Shown in pieces: positions 1 to 9,321 of a DNA stretch of 64,000 nt. Each line of letters begins with the position of its first letter. The stretch's first letter is position 1. Source of the stretch: an uncultured Candidatus Binatia bacterium (GTDB lineage Bacteria; Desulfobacterota; Binatia; Bin18); assembly GCA_965214755.1 (NCBI GenBank), contig OZ243979.1, forward strand, positions 344,350 through 408,349, written 5' to 3'. Below the pieces are notes generated by a model. That model did not search any database and was not told the origin of the DNA. It was given only the letters and a program-made list of their open reading frames with translations. The translations under genes were made by a program, and so were the position numbers.

Positions 1-417
1 GGGCGTATTTCAGTCGCTACGCTCGGCCTGTCGTTGGCCGAAGCCTGCCTGGATTTGTCGCTCAGGCATGCTCTGGAGCGCAAAACCTTTGGTCAGCCCC
101 TGGCCTCTCATCAGGCTATCCAGTTCAAACTGGCTGATATGGCGACCCAGGCCGAGATGGCACGGCTGATGATCTACCGTGCCGCCACGCTCCGCGACGA
201 GGATAAACCCTATGCCAAGGAGGCGGCGATGGCCAAGCTGGCCTCGTCTGAAATCGCAGTCAAGACGGCAGAAGAAGCCGTCCAGATCCACGGTGGATAT
301 GGCTATATGCGCGAATCGCCCGTCTCTCGTTTCTATCTGGATTCAAAGATTCTCACCATCGGTGAAGGAACCAGCGAAGTACAGCGGATGGTAATTGCTC
401 GACAGTTGGGCTGTTGA
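1..417 (+). CDS. acyl-CoA dehydrogenase, C-terminal part (5'-truncated by window edge)
   Basis: Frame 1 open from base 1 (GRISVATLGLSLAEA...). Typical ACAD C-terminal motifs RKTFGQPL, QFKLADM, QIHGGYGY, IGEGTSEVQR. Confidence 0.95.
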   Translation, partial: GRISVATLGLSLAEACLDLSLRHALERKTFGQPLASHQAIQFKLADMATQAEMARLMIYRAATLRDEDKPYAKEAAMAKLASSEIAVKTAEEAVQIHGGYGYMRESPVSRFYLDSKILTIGEGTSEVQRMVIARQLGC

Positions 418-483
418 GACTAGGGATTGGAAACTGGGGATTCGGGATCAGCTCCCCAACCCTCAACCCCTAAAGGATTCCTA

Positions 484-1251
484 ATGACCCTTCCATATTT
501 TGACCTTTCCGGAAAAACGGCCATCATTACCGGCGGCAGTAAGGGCCTGGGCGAACAGATGGCCTACGCCCTGGCTGAGGCCGGGGCTGATGTGGCGCTC
601 GTCAGCCGGACGCAGGCCGACCTTGACGCCGTGTCTGCTGCGATCCGCCACGCCACCGGGCGCCGGGTCATCGGTGTTGCCGCGGACGTTACCAAAGACG
701 CCGAGATTCAGGCCATGGTGCACACGGTCATGGCTGAGTTCGGTCAGATCGATATCCTGATTAACAACGCCGGTATCGGAGGGACGACCCCGGTGCGCGA
801 TCTGAGCGAAGAGGAGTGGGACCGTTTTATGAATCTCAACCTCAAGGGTCCGGTGCTGTGCGCCAAGCACGTTGGGGTGGAGATGGCCAAACGCAAGCAG
901 GGCAATATTATTAATGTGTCTTCCTTGTTTTCGAAAATTGTTGCGCGCTATATGGCCGCCTACGGGGCGACCAAAGCGGCCCTGGTGTCCTTCACCCGTA
1001 CTCTGGCGCTCGAATGGGCCCGGGATAATATCCGGGTGAACGCCTTGTGTCCGGGCTATTTTGACACGCCGATGAACCACGAGTTTTGGGGGACCAAGGG
1101 CGGCAAGGGGATTATCGGCAAAATCCCGATGCAGCGGGTTGGCGACCCCAAAGAACTCAAACCCGCGATTATCTTTCTGTCATCGGACGCAAACACCTTT
1201 ATGACTGGCACGACACTCTTCGTCGATGGCGGGCATAGTTTGGTTGGGTAA
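484..1251 (+). CDS. short-chain dehydrogenase/reductase (SDR)
   Basis: TGGSKGLG, NNAG, YGATK (YxxxK), VDGG motifs. ATG at 484 follows AAGGA. Confidence 0.93.
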   Translation: MTLPYFDLSGKTAIITGGSKGLGEQMAYALAEAGADVALVSRTQADLDAVSAAIRHATGRRVIGVAADVTKDAEIQAMVHTVMAEFGQIDILINNAGIGGTTPVRDLSEEEWDRFMNLNLKGPVLCAKHVGVEMAKRKQGNIINVSSLFSKIVARYMAAYGATKAALVSFTRTLALEWARDNIRVNALCPGYFDTPMNHEFWGTKGGKGIIGKIPMQRVGDPKELKPAIIFLSSDANTFMTGTTLFVDGGHSLVG

Positions 1252-1277
1252 TCTGAGACAGAAACCGGGAGGAAAGT

Positions 1278-2591
1278 ATGGAACCCTGGCAGCATACGTA
1301 TAAGGACAAGCTCATCTCAGCCGAACAGGCCGCCGCCCTCGTCAAATCGGACAGTTTAGTCCGGCTGCATATCGGCAAACCGCCCGTCCCCATTCTGGAC
1401 GCCTTGGCCGCGCGCAATGGAGAGCTGGAACAGGTGACCCTCATCCAGTGTTACCCCTTGTACGAGCATCCCATCTGGAACGAGGCTGCCTACGATACCT
1501 CGTTCGAACGAATCGTTGACTATGTTGGGGTCGGCTGCCGGGAGGGCATGAAAAAGCACTATGTGGATTTCATGCCGCTCGATTATCCCCAGTATGCCAA
1601 GCAGGCCGAACAGGGACGGACCAATACCTGGAACGCTGATGTTTTCTTTGGCGTGGTCTCGCCGCCGGATGAAAAAGGCTATTGCAGCTTTGGCAGCGCC
1701 CTCTGGTATAACAAGGACGTGGCCAGGGCGGCCAAGTGTTTTGTCGCAGAGGTCGATCCGGCCTGCATTCGCACCCACGGCGACAACTGGATTCATGCGT
1801 CTGAGATCGATTATCTGGTCGAAGAGACCAAACCGTTTCCGGTTGGGACCCCGCCGCCGCCGGACGAGGAACATGGCACCTTGGAGGTCATTGGTGAATT
1901 TGCCTCAACCCTGATCAAGGACGGTGACACCGTCCAGATGGGCATTGGCGCCATCTCCGAAGCTATTGGCCTGTTTCTGATGGAGCGGAACGATCTGGGG
2001 ATTCATAGCGAAATCATGACCGCCAGCCATGTTGAGCTGGTCAAACGCGGCGTGGCGACCGGCACCTACAAATCGATGCATAAGGGCAAGGCGGTCGCGG
2101 CTATGGTCGTTGGTGGCGCGGACCTGGAATTCGTGAATAATAACCCGGCCTTTGAGTTGTACAGCGTGCTGTATACGAATTCGCTGCTGACGATTGCCGC
2201 CCAGAAGAGCCAGGTCGCGGTGAACAGTACCCTGTCCATCGACCTGACCGGGCAGGCCGCGGCCGAGTCGCTCGGCCCGCAAATGTACTCCGGTATCGGT
2301 GGGCAGATGACGTTTATGATGGGCTCGATGTACTCGGAGGGGGGTCGATCCATCATGGTGTTGCCGTCAACGGCGCGTAGAGGCTCGCTGTCCCGCATTG
2401 TTCCCATGCTGGAGCCGGGGAGTACGCTGACCACGCCACGCCAGTACACGGACTATGTGGTGACCGAGTTTGGCATGGTCAATCTTCAAGGCAAGACCCA
2501 ACGCCAGCGTGCCGAGGCCCTGATCAGCATCGCGCATCCCGACTTTCAGCCTGAGCTGAAACGCGCGGCAAAGAAAATGTTCTGGCCCTAG
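1278..2591 (+). CDS. acetyl-CoA hydrolase/transferase family (4-hydroxybutyrate CoA-transferase-like)
   Basis: QMGIGAI, LGIHSE, SIDLTGQ, SGIGGQ, DYVVTEFG, LISIAHPDF motifs. GGGAGG RBS. Confidence 0.92.
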   Translation: MEPWQHTYKDKLISAEQAAALVKSDSLVRLHIGKPPVPILDALAARNGELEQVTLIQCYPLYEHPIWNEAAYDTSFERIVDYVGVGCREGMKKHYVDFMPLDYPQYAKQAEQGRTNTWNADVFFGVVSPPDEKGYCSFGSALWYNKDVARAAKCFVAEVDPACIRTHGDNWIHASEIDYLVEETKPFPVGTPPPPDEEHGTLEVIGEFASTLIKDGDTVQMGIGAISEAIGLFLMERNDLGIHSEIMTASHVELVKRGVATGTYKSMHKGKAVAAMVVGGADLEFVNNNPAFELYSVLYTNSLLTIAAQKSQVAVNSTLSIDLTGQAAAESLGPQMYSGIGGQMTFMMGSMYSEGGRSIMVLPSTARRGSLSRIVPMLEPGSTLTTPRQYTDYVVTEFGMVNLQGKTQRQRAEALISIAHPDFQPELKRAAKKMFWP

Positions 2592-2616
2592 GCCGGACCG
2601 ACCTGAAGGAGAAACA

Positions 2617-3837
2617 TTGCGCGGACGTTGGTTCCGAACCCTTCCAAATACAAGCGTAGGGGCAGCCCCAGGAGGCTGCCTTTTTCGTCAGAGCGCCACA
2701 GGTCTGGCAGTGCTGCTCGTCCTGCTCCTGCCCGTGCCAACCTGGCCTCAAAGCGTTGCTGAACTGCTCTCGGACCCGGCCACGTTTGACAGGCAAGAGG
2801 TCACGGTGCCCGGCCAGGTCACAAGCCTCATCATTGAGGAAGGCGAAAAACCGTACACCAAGTTCAAGCTTGGCGACGCGGACAAGACGATCCCGGTCTT
2901 TATGCGCGGTGTCCGGGCGCTGACCGAGGGCGAAACGTATGAAGTTGGCGGTGTGTTTCTGGTCAAACCGGCCAGCGCCGGATCGACGCAGATCAGCGGG
3001 ATTGTGGGCCAGACCGTTCTCCCCTTGGCGGAGGAATCCCTGGCAGAAGAGGCGCTGGAGTTCGTGGAAGATGAAACGGCTGAGGGGTCCGATCTTCAGG
3101 AACTGGCGGACGAGCCGCTGGAGTCTGAAGAGCCGGCCATGGATGACATCCCAGGTCTATTGGTGGCCGACTTGTTAGAGGACCCTGCTGCGTTTGATCG
3201 GCTGGCGATCAGCCTTGCGGGTGAAGTCTCGACCCTGCGCGTCACAGACGGAGATAATCCCTCCACCAAGTTCAAGCTGCGCGATGCCAGCGGCGAGATC
3301 CCGGTGTTTATGCGGGGAGCCAGCCCCCTGAATGAAGGCGAGCCGTATGAGGTCGATGGGGTATTCCTGGTAAAGCCGACTAGCGACGGAACGGGCGAGG
3401 TGAGCGGGATTGTGGCCGGGACGGTTGAACCTGTCGCATCGGAACCCGCGCCCGTGCCGGTGGCCGAGGCTCCGGCCGACGAGCAGGTTGTGTCTCCCGC
3501 CTACACGGCCCCCATCTATGCGGTACGTGAGCTTCTCGCCGATCAGGCGCAATTTGATCGGCGCTTCGTCAGCGTGACCGGACAAGTGACAACCCTGACC
3601 ACCCGCTATGGGGCACGAACGTATCAGAAGTTCAAGCTCACAGATGGGAGCGGTACGATCCCGGTTTTCATTTCGGGCACCTCCTCATGTGAGCAGGGTC
3701 AGATTTGTAAAGTCACCGGCGTGTTCCTCATTAAAAGAACACAAGATGGCGAGTCCGAGATCAGTGGAATTAAGGCCGACGCGATCGAAAAGGTGGAAGA
3801 CGCGCCCTATCTGCAATGGACGAGCCTCGTGTTTTAG
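2617..3837 (+). CDS. exported protein with three tandem OB-fold-like repeats and acidic linkers
   Basis: Hydrophobic signal-like segment, then three ~90-aa repeats (LLxDxAxFDR...GxVxxL...KFKLxD...IPVF...GVFLxK...SGI). GAAGGAG precedes the TTG start. Confidence 0.7.
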   Translation: MRGRWFRTLPNTSVGAAPGGCLFRQSATGLAVLLVLLLPVPTWPQSVAELLSDPATFDRQEVTVPGQVTSLIIEEGEKPYTKFKLGDADKTIPVFMRGVRALTEGETYEVGGVFLVKPASAGSTQISGIVGQTVLPLAEESLAEEALEFVEDETAEGSDLQELADEPLESEEPAMDDIPGLLVADLLEDPAAFDRLAISLAGEVSTLRVTDGDNPSTKFKLRDASGEIPVFMRGASPLNEGEPYEVDGVFLVKPTSDGTGEVSGIVAGTVEPVASEPAPVPVAEAPADEQVVSPAYTAPIYAVRELLADQAQFDRRFVSVTGQVTTLTTRYGARTYQKFKLTDGSGTIPVFISGTSSCEQGQICKVTGVFLIKRTQDGESEISGIKADAIEKVEDAPYLQWTSLVF

Positions 3838-3930
3838 GAGCAACTGGGTGAACCGGGCTACAATTCCAGGCTGCCGGGCGGATATGCGCTTCCAGAATAA
3901 GGGCGACGTTCCCGTCGCCCTGACGAGATG

Positions 3931-4320
3931 TTAGCCAACCAGAATTTCTTTGGCGTGGATCGTATCCAGGTATTCCCGCACGGCTGTGATTTTGCCGTCC
4001 GATAATTCAATCAGAAAGTGATACTGGTTGTTATAGACCTTGCCGTTGGCCAACTCGCCATACGACTCGGCCTCAACCGCAACCCGGTCCCCTTCGGCAG
4101 TGACGCCTTTGGGCGTGATTTTCAGGCCGTTCGGCATCGCCGCGCCAATGCCTTTGACCAGTTCACCGAACTCCGCTTTGGTCTTGGTGCCGGACAGCTC
4201 GAACTTGCCGGCCACCCACCACGTGGCATCGTCGGTCATCAGGTCCAGTGCGGCGGAAAAATTCCCGGCGGAAAAATTCTCAAAGAAACCTAGGACAACA
4301 CCTTTATTCGCGTCACTCAT
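3931..4320 (-). CDS. NTF2/SnoaL-like (ketosteroid isomerase-like) protein
   Basis: MSDANKGVV...TAEGDRVAVEAES...YNNQYHF...VREYLDT. AGGAGG RBS upstream of ATG 4320. Confidence 0.9.
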   Translation of the reverse strand: MSDANKGVVLGFFENFSAGNFSAALDLMTDDATWWVAGKFELSGTKTKAEFGELVKGIGAAMPNGLKITPKGVTAEGDRVAVEAESYGELANGKVYNNQYHFLIELSDGKITAVREYLDTIHAKEILVG

Positions 4321-4480
4321 CTGGAGCCTCCTTTGCTGTGCACCGTCACACCGATGCCGATCCAAGTAAGATGTCCCCTTATAGCCCACCTGCCTGAGGC
4401 CGCGCAAGCGAAGCGGCGCGGGACCTGTCTCCGGGCTTCAGATACTTGTTGTGCCGAGCCGGTTCTCGTACGCTGCCGCG

Positions 4481-4774
4481 ATGAACTTTGAGTGGGACAA
4501 AGAAAAGAACAAGGAGAATATCAACAAACATGGATTAGATTTTGTCGATACGCAGAAAATGTTCGAGGCTCAGATGTTGACAGAGTTGGATACTAGGGAA
4601 GACTCTGGAGAGGATCGTTTTATTGGAATTGGTTTTCTCAAAAGCTATGTCGCGGTGGTCGTTTATACCGAGCCGGATGAGCAGACCATTCGTATCATCT
4701 CTTTACGAAAGGCCCTGAAAGATGAGCGCCAGAGATTTGAAAGAAGACTCTCAAAGCAATTGGGACAAGATTAA
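4481..4774 (+). CDS. brnT: BrnT family toxin (RelE-like ribonuclease)
   Basis: MNFEWDKEKNKENINKHGLDF...GEDRFIGIG...VVVYT...IRIISLRKA, the DUF497/BrnT signature. Confidence 0.92.
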   Translation: MNFEWDKEKNKENINKHGLDFVDTQKMFEAQMLTELDTREDSGEDRFIGIGFLKSYVAVVVYTEPDEQTIRIISLRKALKDERQRFERRLSKQLGQD

Positions 4775-7700
4775 TGAAATGACAGACAAAGATATTGATA
4801 CTTCCGACATTCCCCCCCTGGATGAAGCTTTTTTTGCGAACGCCAAGCTTCGACTACCAAGCGGCGGCATCAAGGTGAACAGGGTGCCCACGCCGAAGAC
4901 TGAGACTTTCTCTTTAGAGTTTTCACCCGGTCAGGTCGTGGTCTTGAGGTCCGACCCGTCCGTAAAGGGAGCGGTTGTTGAGGTGTTGCCGGGGCAGCCC
5001 GAAACCCGAGTCCGGGTCTTTGTGGCAGACAACGTTCAGACCTATTACGCCTCTCAGTTGCAGGCCGAAGACCACAGGAGTGAGGTCACTCCGCTTCCCT
5101 GTGAGGAATTCCACGCCTCCCTGACCGCGCAGCAAATACGGCATCCCAGCCTCTCGACCCTGTATTCACTCAACGCGGCCCGCGTTGATTTTATTCCCTA
5201 CCAGTTCCGTCCCGTACTCAGATTCATCCGGTCGGACCGGCCGCGCCTACTGATTGCGGATGGCGTGGGCGTCGGCAAAACAATTGAGGCCGGATTGATT
5301 CTGCGGGAGTTGCAGGCTCGGCGGGAAATCAACTCTATCCTCATCATTTGCCCTCGCCCATTGGTGACGGAGCGTAAGTGGGAACGTGAGATGAAACGCT
5401 TCGACGAACGTTTCACTCATCTGGATGGGAGAACTCTGAGATACTGCCTCAAAGAGATGGACCTTGACGGACAATGGCCCGACCAACATCGGAAAACGAT
5501 TTTGCCGTATTCGTTGTTTAACGAGGCGCTCCTGCGCGGTTCAGGGACCAATGGCAAGAAAAAGTCGGGAAAGGGCCTTTGGGACTTGGACCCGCCCCCA
5601 CGCTTTGATCTCGTGATCGTTGATGAAGCCCACCATATCCGCAATCAAAGCACCTATGCGCACCAAGCAGTCCGATTTTTCTGTGAGCACGCAGAAGCCG
5701 CGGTTTTTCTGACCGCAACCCCTATCCAACTCGGCAACCATGACCTGTTCGTACTGCTGAACACGCTTCGCCCCGACCTGATTTTGGATCAAGAGAGCTT
5801 TGAGCACCTGACAGAGCCCAACCCGTTCATCAATCAGGCTGTGAACCATGCACGGACTCAAAAGCAGGGCTGGACGGCTCAAGCAGTAGAAGCCTTGGAC
5901 CAGGCAGCCGCGACCGATTGGGGAAAAGCGATTCTTCAGCATAATCCTGCCTTCAAGCGAATCAGAAACCAGCTTGCTGAGGGAAGCGTTGCTGCTGACG
6001 AAAGAATCCAGTTCATCACGGACCTCGAAGCCCTGCATACCTTCTCGGGGATCATCAACAGAACGCGCCGGCGCGACATCGGCGCTTTCACCATTCGGAA
6101 GCCGGACACGGTCACGGTCGATTTCACTCCTGACCAACAACAGCTTCATGACGAGGTGCTCCGAGTCCAGGCCGAGATATTCAGTCGGCTGTACGGAGAT
6201 ATCTACGTGAAGTTTCTGATGACCACGATTCGACGTCAGGCCGCGAGTTGCCTATACGGACTCGCGCCTTTTCTCGAGGACATCCTGAAGCGCCATATCG
6301 ACGAATTGGCCTGGAACGAAGCTGATGATACGGGGACGGTCCCGTCAGGCGATATTATCGACTCAATCCAATCGCAAATTGAGTCGATTAGAGAGAAAGC
6401 CCAGTCCCTTGACCCCTACGATCCGAAACTGGAAGCGCTACGCAAGATCATCCGGGACAAGCAAAAGCTGCCGAACAATAAAATCATGCTGTTCAGCAGC
6501 TTTCGCCACACCCTTTCCTATCTGGATAAGCATCTCAGGGCCGATGGTTTCCGCGTCGGCATGATTCACGGCGGAACCCCGGATGAGGAGCGTATCGTGC
6601 TTCGGAACCGTTTCGAGAAGCCACGAGAGGACACCAACTGTCTTGACGTGTTGCTCTTCTCGGAAGTCGGCTGCGAAGGGCTGGATTATCAGTTCTGCGA
6701 CTGCATTGTGAACTATGACCTGCCCTGGAATCCCATGCGCGTTGAGCAACGTATAGGCCGTATTGACCGCAACGGTCAGCAGAGTGAGAGTGTCGCTATT
6801 GTCAACCTGATCACGCCGGGAACCGTAGACGCAGATATCTATGAGCGTTGTCTTCTCCGTATCGGCGTGTTCGAGAATGCCTTGGGGGGCAGCGAAGAAA
6901 TCCTTGGAGACATCGCCAGCGAGATCAAAAACATCGCGGAAAACTATACCCTTAGCGAAGAAGACCGGAGAGCCAAGCTACAACAGTTGGCAGACAACAA
7001 AATCCGGTTGATACAGGAACAGGAAAGACTCGAACAGCAGCAGATGGAGTTGTTCGGTATTCGTCTGCCCGAAGACCAGATGAAGAAGGAGATCGAAGAG
7101 GCGACCAGCTTTTGGCTGTCTCCGTCGTCACTTTATCGGCTGGTCACGCTCTATCTACAAAAAACCTGTGGGAAGGCGCACGAATTCATCCTGGGCGAGA
7201 AACCCCTGAAAACGCTACGCCTTTCGCAAGAGGCGCGGAACAGCCTGCTGCGAGACTTGCAGCAACTCCCCAGACAAAACACCCCTCCTTATCGAGAGTG
7301 GGAAACCTGGCTAAAGGGAAGTGAACAACATCTGCCCATCACCTTCGAGTCGAGCTGTGCGAGCCAGAGTCCGAAGGCCGCTTTCATCATGCCGCTTCAT
7401 CCTTTGGTCAAGCAGGCAGCCCTGTCGCTCGAAGCAACGCCCCAGGCGGCCACCACCTTGAAGGTGCAGACCAGCGAGGTTCCTGAAGGTCGCTACGAAT
7501 TTGTTATCTACCAGTGGCGATTTCATGGCCTTCGGGAGGATTTGGTCCTCAAGCCGATTGCCTCGGCCAAGGAATTAACACCTCATCTCAGTCGTCTGCT
7601 TGAAAAAGCAGTGGACGGCCTGCCTGATGATCCGGTGGACGGTGCTACTCCGGTGCCGGATGCGCTGGACGCGCAACATCAGAAACTGTGGTCCGAAGCC

Positions 7701-7964
7701 CGCGCGCAACATCAACAACACACACAAGAACTCGTTGCGTCTCGGAAAGAAAGCCTGTCAACCAGCCATCAGGCACGCCTGGCCCTTCTCCAGGACCAAC
7801 TCAACCAAGCCAGCAATGAGAACATTCAACGAATGCGGCGGTCCCAAATCGAGACGGCAGAGGCAGATTACGAACGACGTATTCAGGAGTTGGACAAGGC
7901 TCTGGAAAGAGCGGATATTCTCACCGAGCCAGTGGCGTATGGGGTTGTAAGTATAGGAGATTAA
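4722..7964 (+). CDS. SNF2/RapA-like helicase with an N-terminal BrnA-antitoxin-like segment
   Basis: aa1-46 NWDKINEMTDKDIDTSDIPPLDEAFFANAKLRLP is BrnA-like. Then PYQ, LLIADGVGVGKT, VDEAHH, LTATP, EVGCEGLDYQ, NYDLPWNPMRVEQRIGRIDR (SF2 motifs). Confidence 0.9.
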   Translation: MSARDLKEDSQSNWDKINEMTDKDIDTSDIPPLDEAFFANAKLRLPSGGIKVNRVPTPKTETFSLEFSPGQVVVLRSDPSVKGAVVEVLPGQPETRVRVFVADNVQTYYASQLQAEDHRSEVTPLPCEEFHASLTAQQIRHPSLSTLYSLNAARVDFIPYQFRPVLRFIRSDRPRLLIADGVGVGKTIEAGLILRELQARREINSILIICPRPLVTERKWEREMKRFDERFTHLDGRTLRYCLKEMDLDGQWPDQHRKTILPYSLFNEALLRGSGTNGKKKSGKGLWDLDPPPRFDLVIVDEAHHIRNQSTYAHQAVRFFCEHAEAAVFLTATPIQLGNHDLFVLLNTLRPDLILDQESFEHLTEPNPFINQAVNHARTQKQGWTAQAVEALDQAAATDWGKAILQHNPAFKRIRNQLAEGSVAADERIQFITDLEALHTFSGIINRTRRRDIGAFTIRKPDTVTVDFTPDQQQLHDEVLRVQAEIFSRLYGDIYVKFLMTTIRRQAASCLYGLAPFLEDILKRHIDELAWNEADDTGTVPSGDIIDSIQSQIESIREKAQSLDPYDPKLEALRKIIRDKQKLPNNKIMLFSSFRHTLSYLDKHLRADGFRVGMIHGGTPDEERIVLRNRFEKPREDTNCLDVLLFSEVGCEGLDYQFCDCIVNYDLPWNPMRVEQRIGRIDRNGQQSESVAIVNLITPGTVDADIYERCLLRIGVFENALGGSEEILGDIASEIKNIAENYTLSEEDRRAKLQQLADNKIRLIQEQERLEQQQMELFGIRLPEDQMKKEIEEATSFWLSPSSLYRLVTLYLQKTCGKAHEFILGEKPLKTLRLSQEARNSLLRDLQQLPRQNTPPYREWETWLKGSEQHLPITFESSCASQSPKAAFIMPLHPLVKQAALSLEATPQAATTLKVQTSEVPEGRYEFVIYQWRFHGLREDLVLKPIASAKELTPHLSRLLEKAVDGLPDDPVDGATPVPDALDAQHQKLWSEARAQHQQHTQELVASRKESLSTSHQARLALLQDQLNQASNENIQRMRRSQIETAEADYERRIQELDKALERADILTEPVAYGVVSIGD

Positions 7965-7982
7965 AGGTCAGAGGAGAGGGCT
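7782..7982 (+). repeat. direct repeat copy 1: helicase 3' end
   Basis: gcccttctccaggaccaactcaaccaagccag...gtggcgtatggggtt...agagggct recurs at 8646-8839. Confidence 0.95.
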
Positions 7983-8480
7983 GTGAACAGAGACATGGCC
8001 GAACGCCCCGTCGTGTACTTGGAGACGACGGTGGTGAGTTACCTTACCGCTAGGCCGAGCCGTGATGTCGTCATGGCAGGACATCAGCAATCGACCCAAG
8101 AATGGTGGGAGAATAGAAAGCAGGATTTCAGAGTTGTAGCCTCGCAACTTGTGCTCCAAGAGGCAGGTAGAGGCGATAGGCAGGCAACTCAGCGAAGACT
8201 GGATATTCTGGGGGGAGTAGAATTGGTTGAGATTACACCAAATGCAACGACCTTAGCGCGTGCTTTGATAGAAAACGGAATAGTTCCTGAAACTTCCCTT
8301 GAGGATGCTCTCCATGTTGCTATCGCCGTGGTCAACGGCTGTAAGTATCTGGTAACGTGGAATTATCGCCATCTGGCCGGCGCAGGCGTGAGGGCACGAA
8401 TCGAAGCGTTCTGTCGCGATGAAGGATACGAGCCGACGATCATCTGTACGCCAGAGGAACTTTTGGAGGATGAAATATGA
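7983..8480 (+). CDS. PIN-domain (VapC-like) toxin
   Basis: VYLETTVVSYL...EDALHVAIAVVNGCKYLVTWNYRHL...ICTPEEL. True start may be ATG at 7995. Confidence 0.88.
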   Translation: MNRDMAERPVVYLETTVVSYLTARPSRDVVMAGHQQSTQEWWENRKQDFRVVASQLVLQEAGRGDRQATQRRLDILGGVELVEITPNATTLARALIENGIVPETSLEDALHVAIAVVNGCKYLVTWNYRHLAGAGVRARIEAFCRDEGYEPTIICTPEELLEDEI

Positions 8481-8680
8481 AAGACGACCCTATCGTTGCA
8501 GAAGTCCGGCGCATCAGGCATGAGCACGAGGCGCGGTTCAAATACGACTTGGATTTGATCGCGGAAGACCTCAAAGCCCAAGAGCAGGCAAGCGGCCGGC
8601 TCTATATCAGCTTACCGCCCCGTCGCACGAAACCGAGAACGCGCAGCCCTTCTCCAGGACCAACTCAACCAAGCCAGTAA
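8477..8680 (+). CDS. small putative antitoxin partner of the PIN protein
   Basis: DDPIVAEVRRIRHEH...YDLDLIAEDL. ATGA overlap with the PIN gene and GGAGG RBS. Its tail runs into the helicase repeat. Confidence 0.75.
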   Translation: MKDDPIVAEVRRIRHEHEARFKYDLDLIAEDLKAQEQASGRLYISLPPRRTKPRTRSPSPGPTQPSQ

Positions 8681-8839
8681 TGAGAACGTTCAACGAATGC
8701 GGCGGTCACAAATCGAGACGGCAGAGGCAGATTACGAACGGCGCGTTCAGGAGTTGGAGAAGGCTGTGGAGAAGGTGGATATTATAGCCGATCCAGTGGC
8801 GTATGGGGTTTTGACTATAGAGGAGATGTAGAGAGGGCT
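8646..8839 (+). repeat. direct repeat copy 2: start-less alternative helicase C-terminus
   Basis: Open reading ALLQDQLNQASNENVQRMRRSQIETAEADYERRVQELEKAVEKVDIIADPVAYGVLTIEEM* (stop 8829-8831). Confidence 0.93.
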
Positions 8840-8857
8840 AATACCGATCCTTCCGAG

Positions 8858-9162
8858 ATGATTGAGGAGATAAGGGCTTGGATTGATGAATGCTTTCTGT
8901 CTTTGAATGCTGCTTCTTCGGATGAGGAAAAGAAGGATGAAGCAAAGGTAAGATACCGAACAGCGTGTTTCGGAATTGCCGCTCAAACTGAACGGACGTC
9001 AGCTTGTATCAAATCGGAGACTCGAAGAGGCAAGATTTCCTCGAGAACTAGACGGATACTCTATCGAAACGAATTCTAATACGGATTCAGAAGGCGAAAT
9101 GTCTTCGGCGGATTGCTGAGATGCTTCAGATTGGCGTTTCAGTCAATGTTAGCGATTACTAA
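8858..9162 (+). pseudogene. possible degraded hypothetical gene
   Basis: 73-aa ORF 8858-9079 in AT-richer DNA. Another frame continues LIRIQKAKCLRRIAEMLQIG to a stop at ~9162. No family recognised. Confidence 0.3.
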
Positions 9163-9208
9163 GCACGCCTCACAAAACAGCCTCTCATGAGGTTTCAGCC
9201 CCACTCTG

Positions 9209-9274
9209 CTGGATTCCCGTTGTCACGGGAATGACAGACCGGGTTTCGTCATACCTGCGCAAGCAGGCATCTGG
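9209..9274. repeat. paired palindromic REP-like element (ATTCCC-N8-GGGAAT type)
   Basis: ggattcccgttgtcacgggaatgac...gtcatacctgcgcaagcaggcatc. Related pair at 27668-27736. Confidence 0.7.
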
Positions 9275-9321
9275 ATTTCAGGAGGAAGGCGGAGCTTCGT
9301 GAGGAGCGCTAGGAAGATTCC

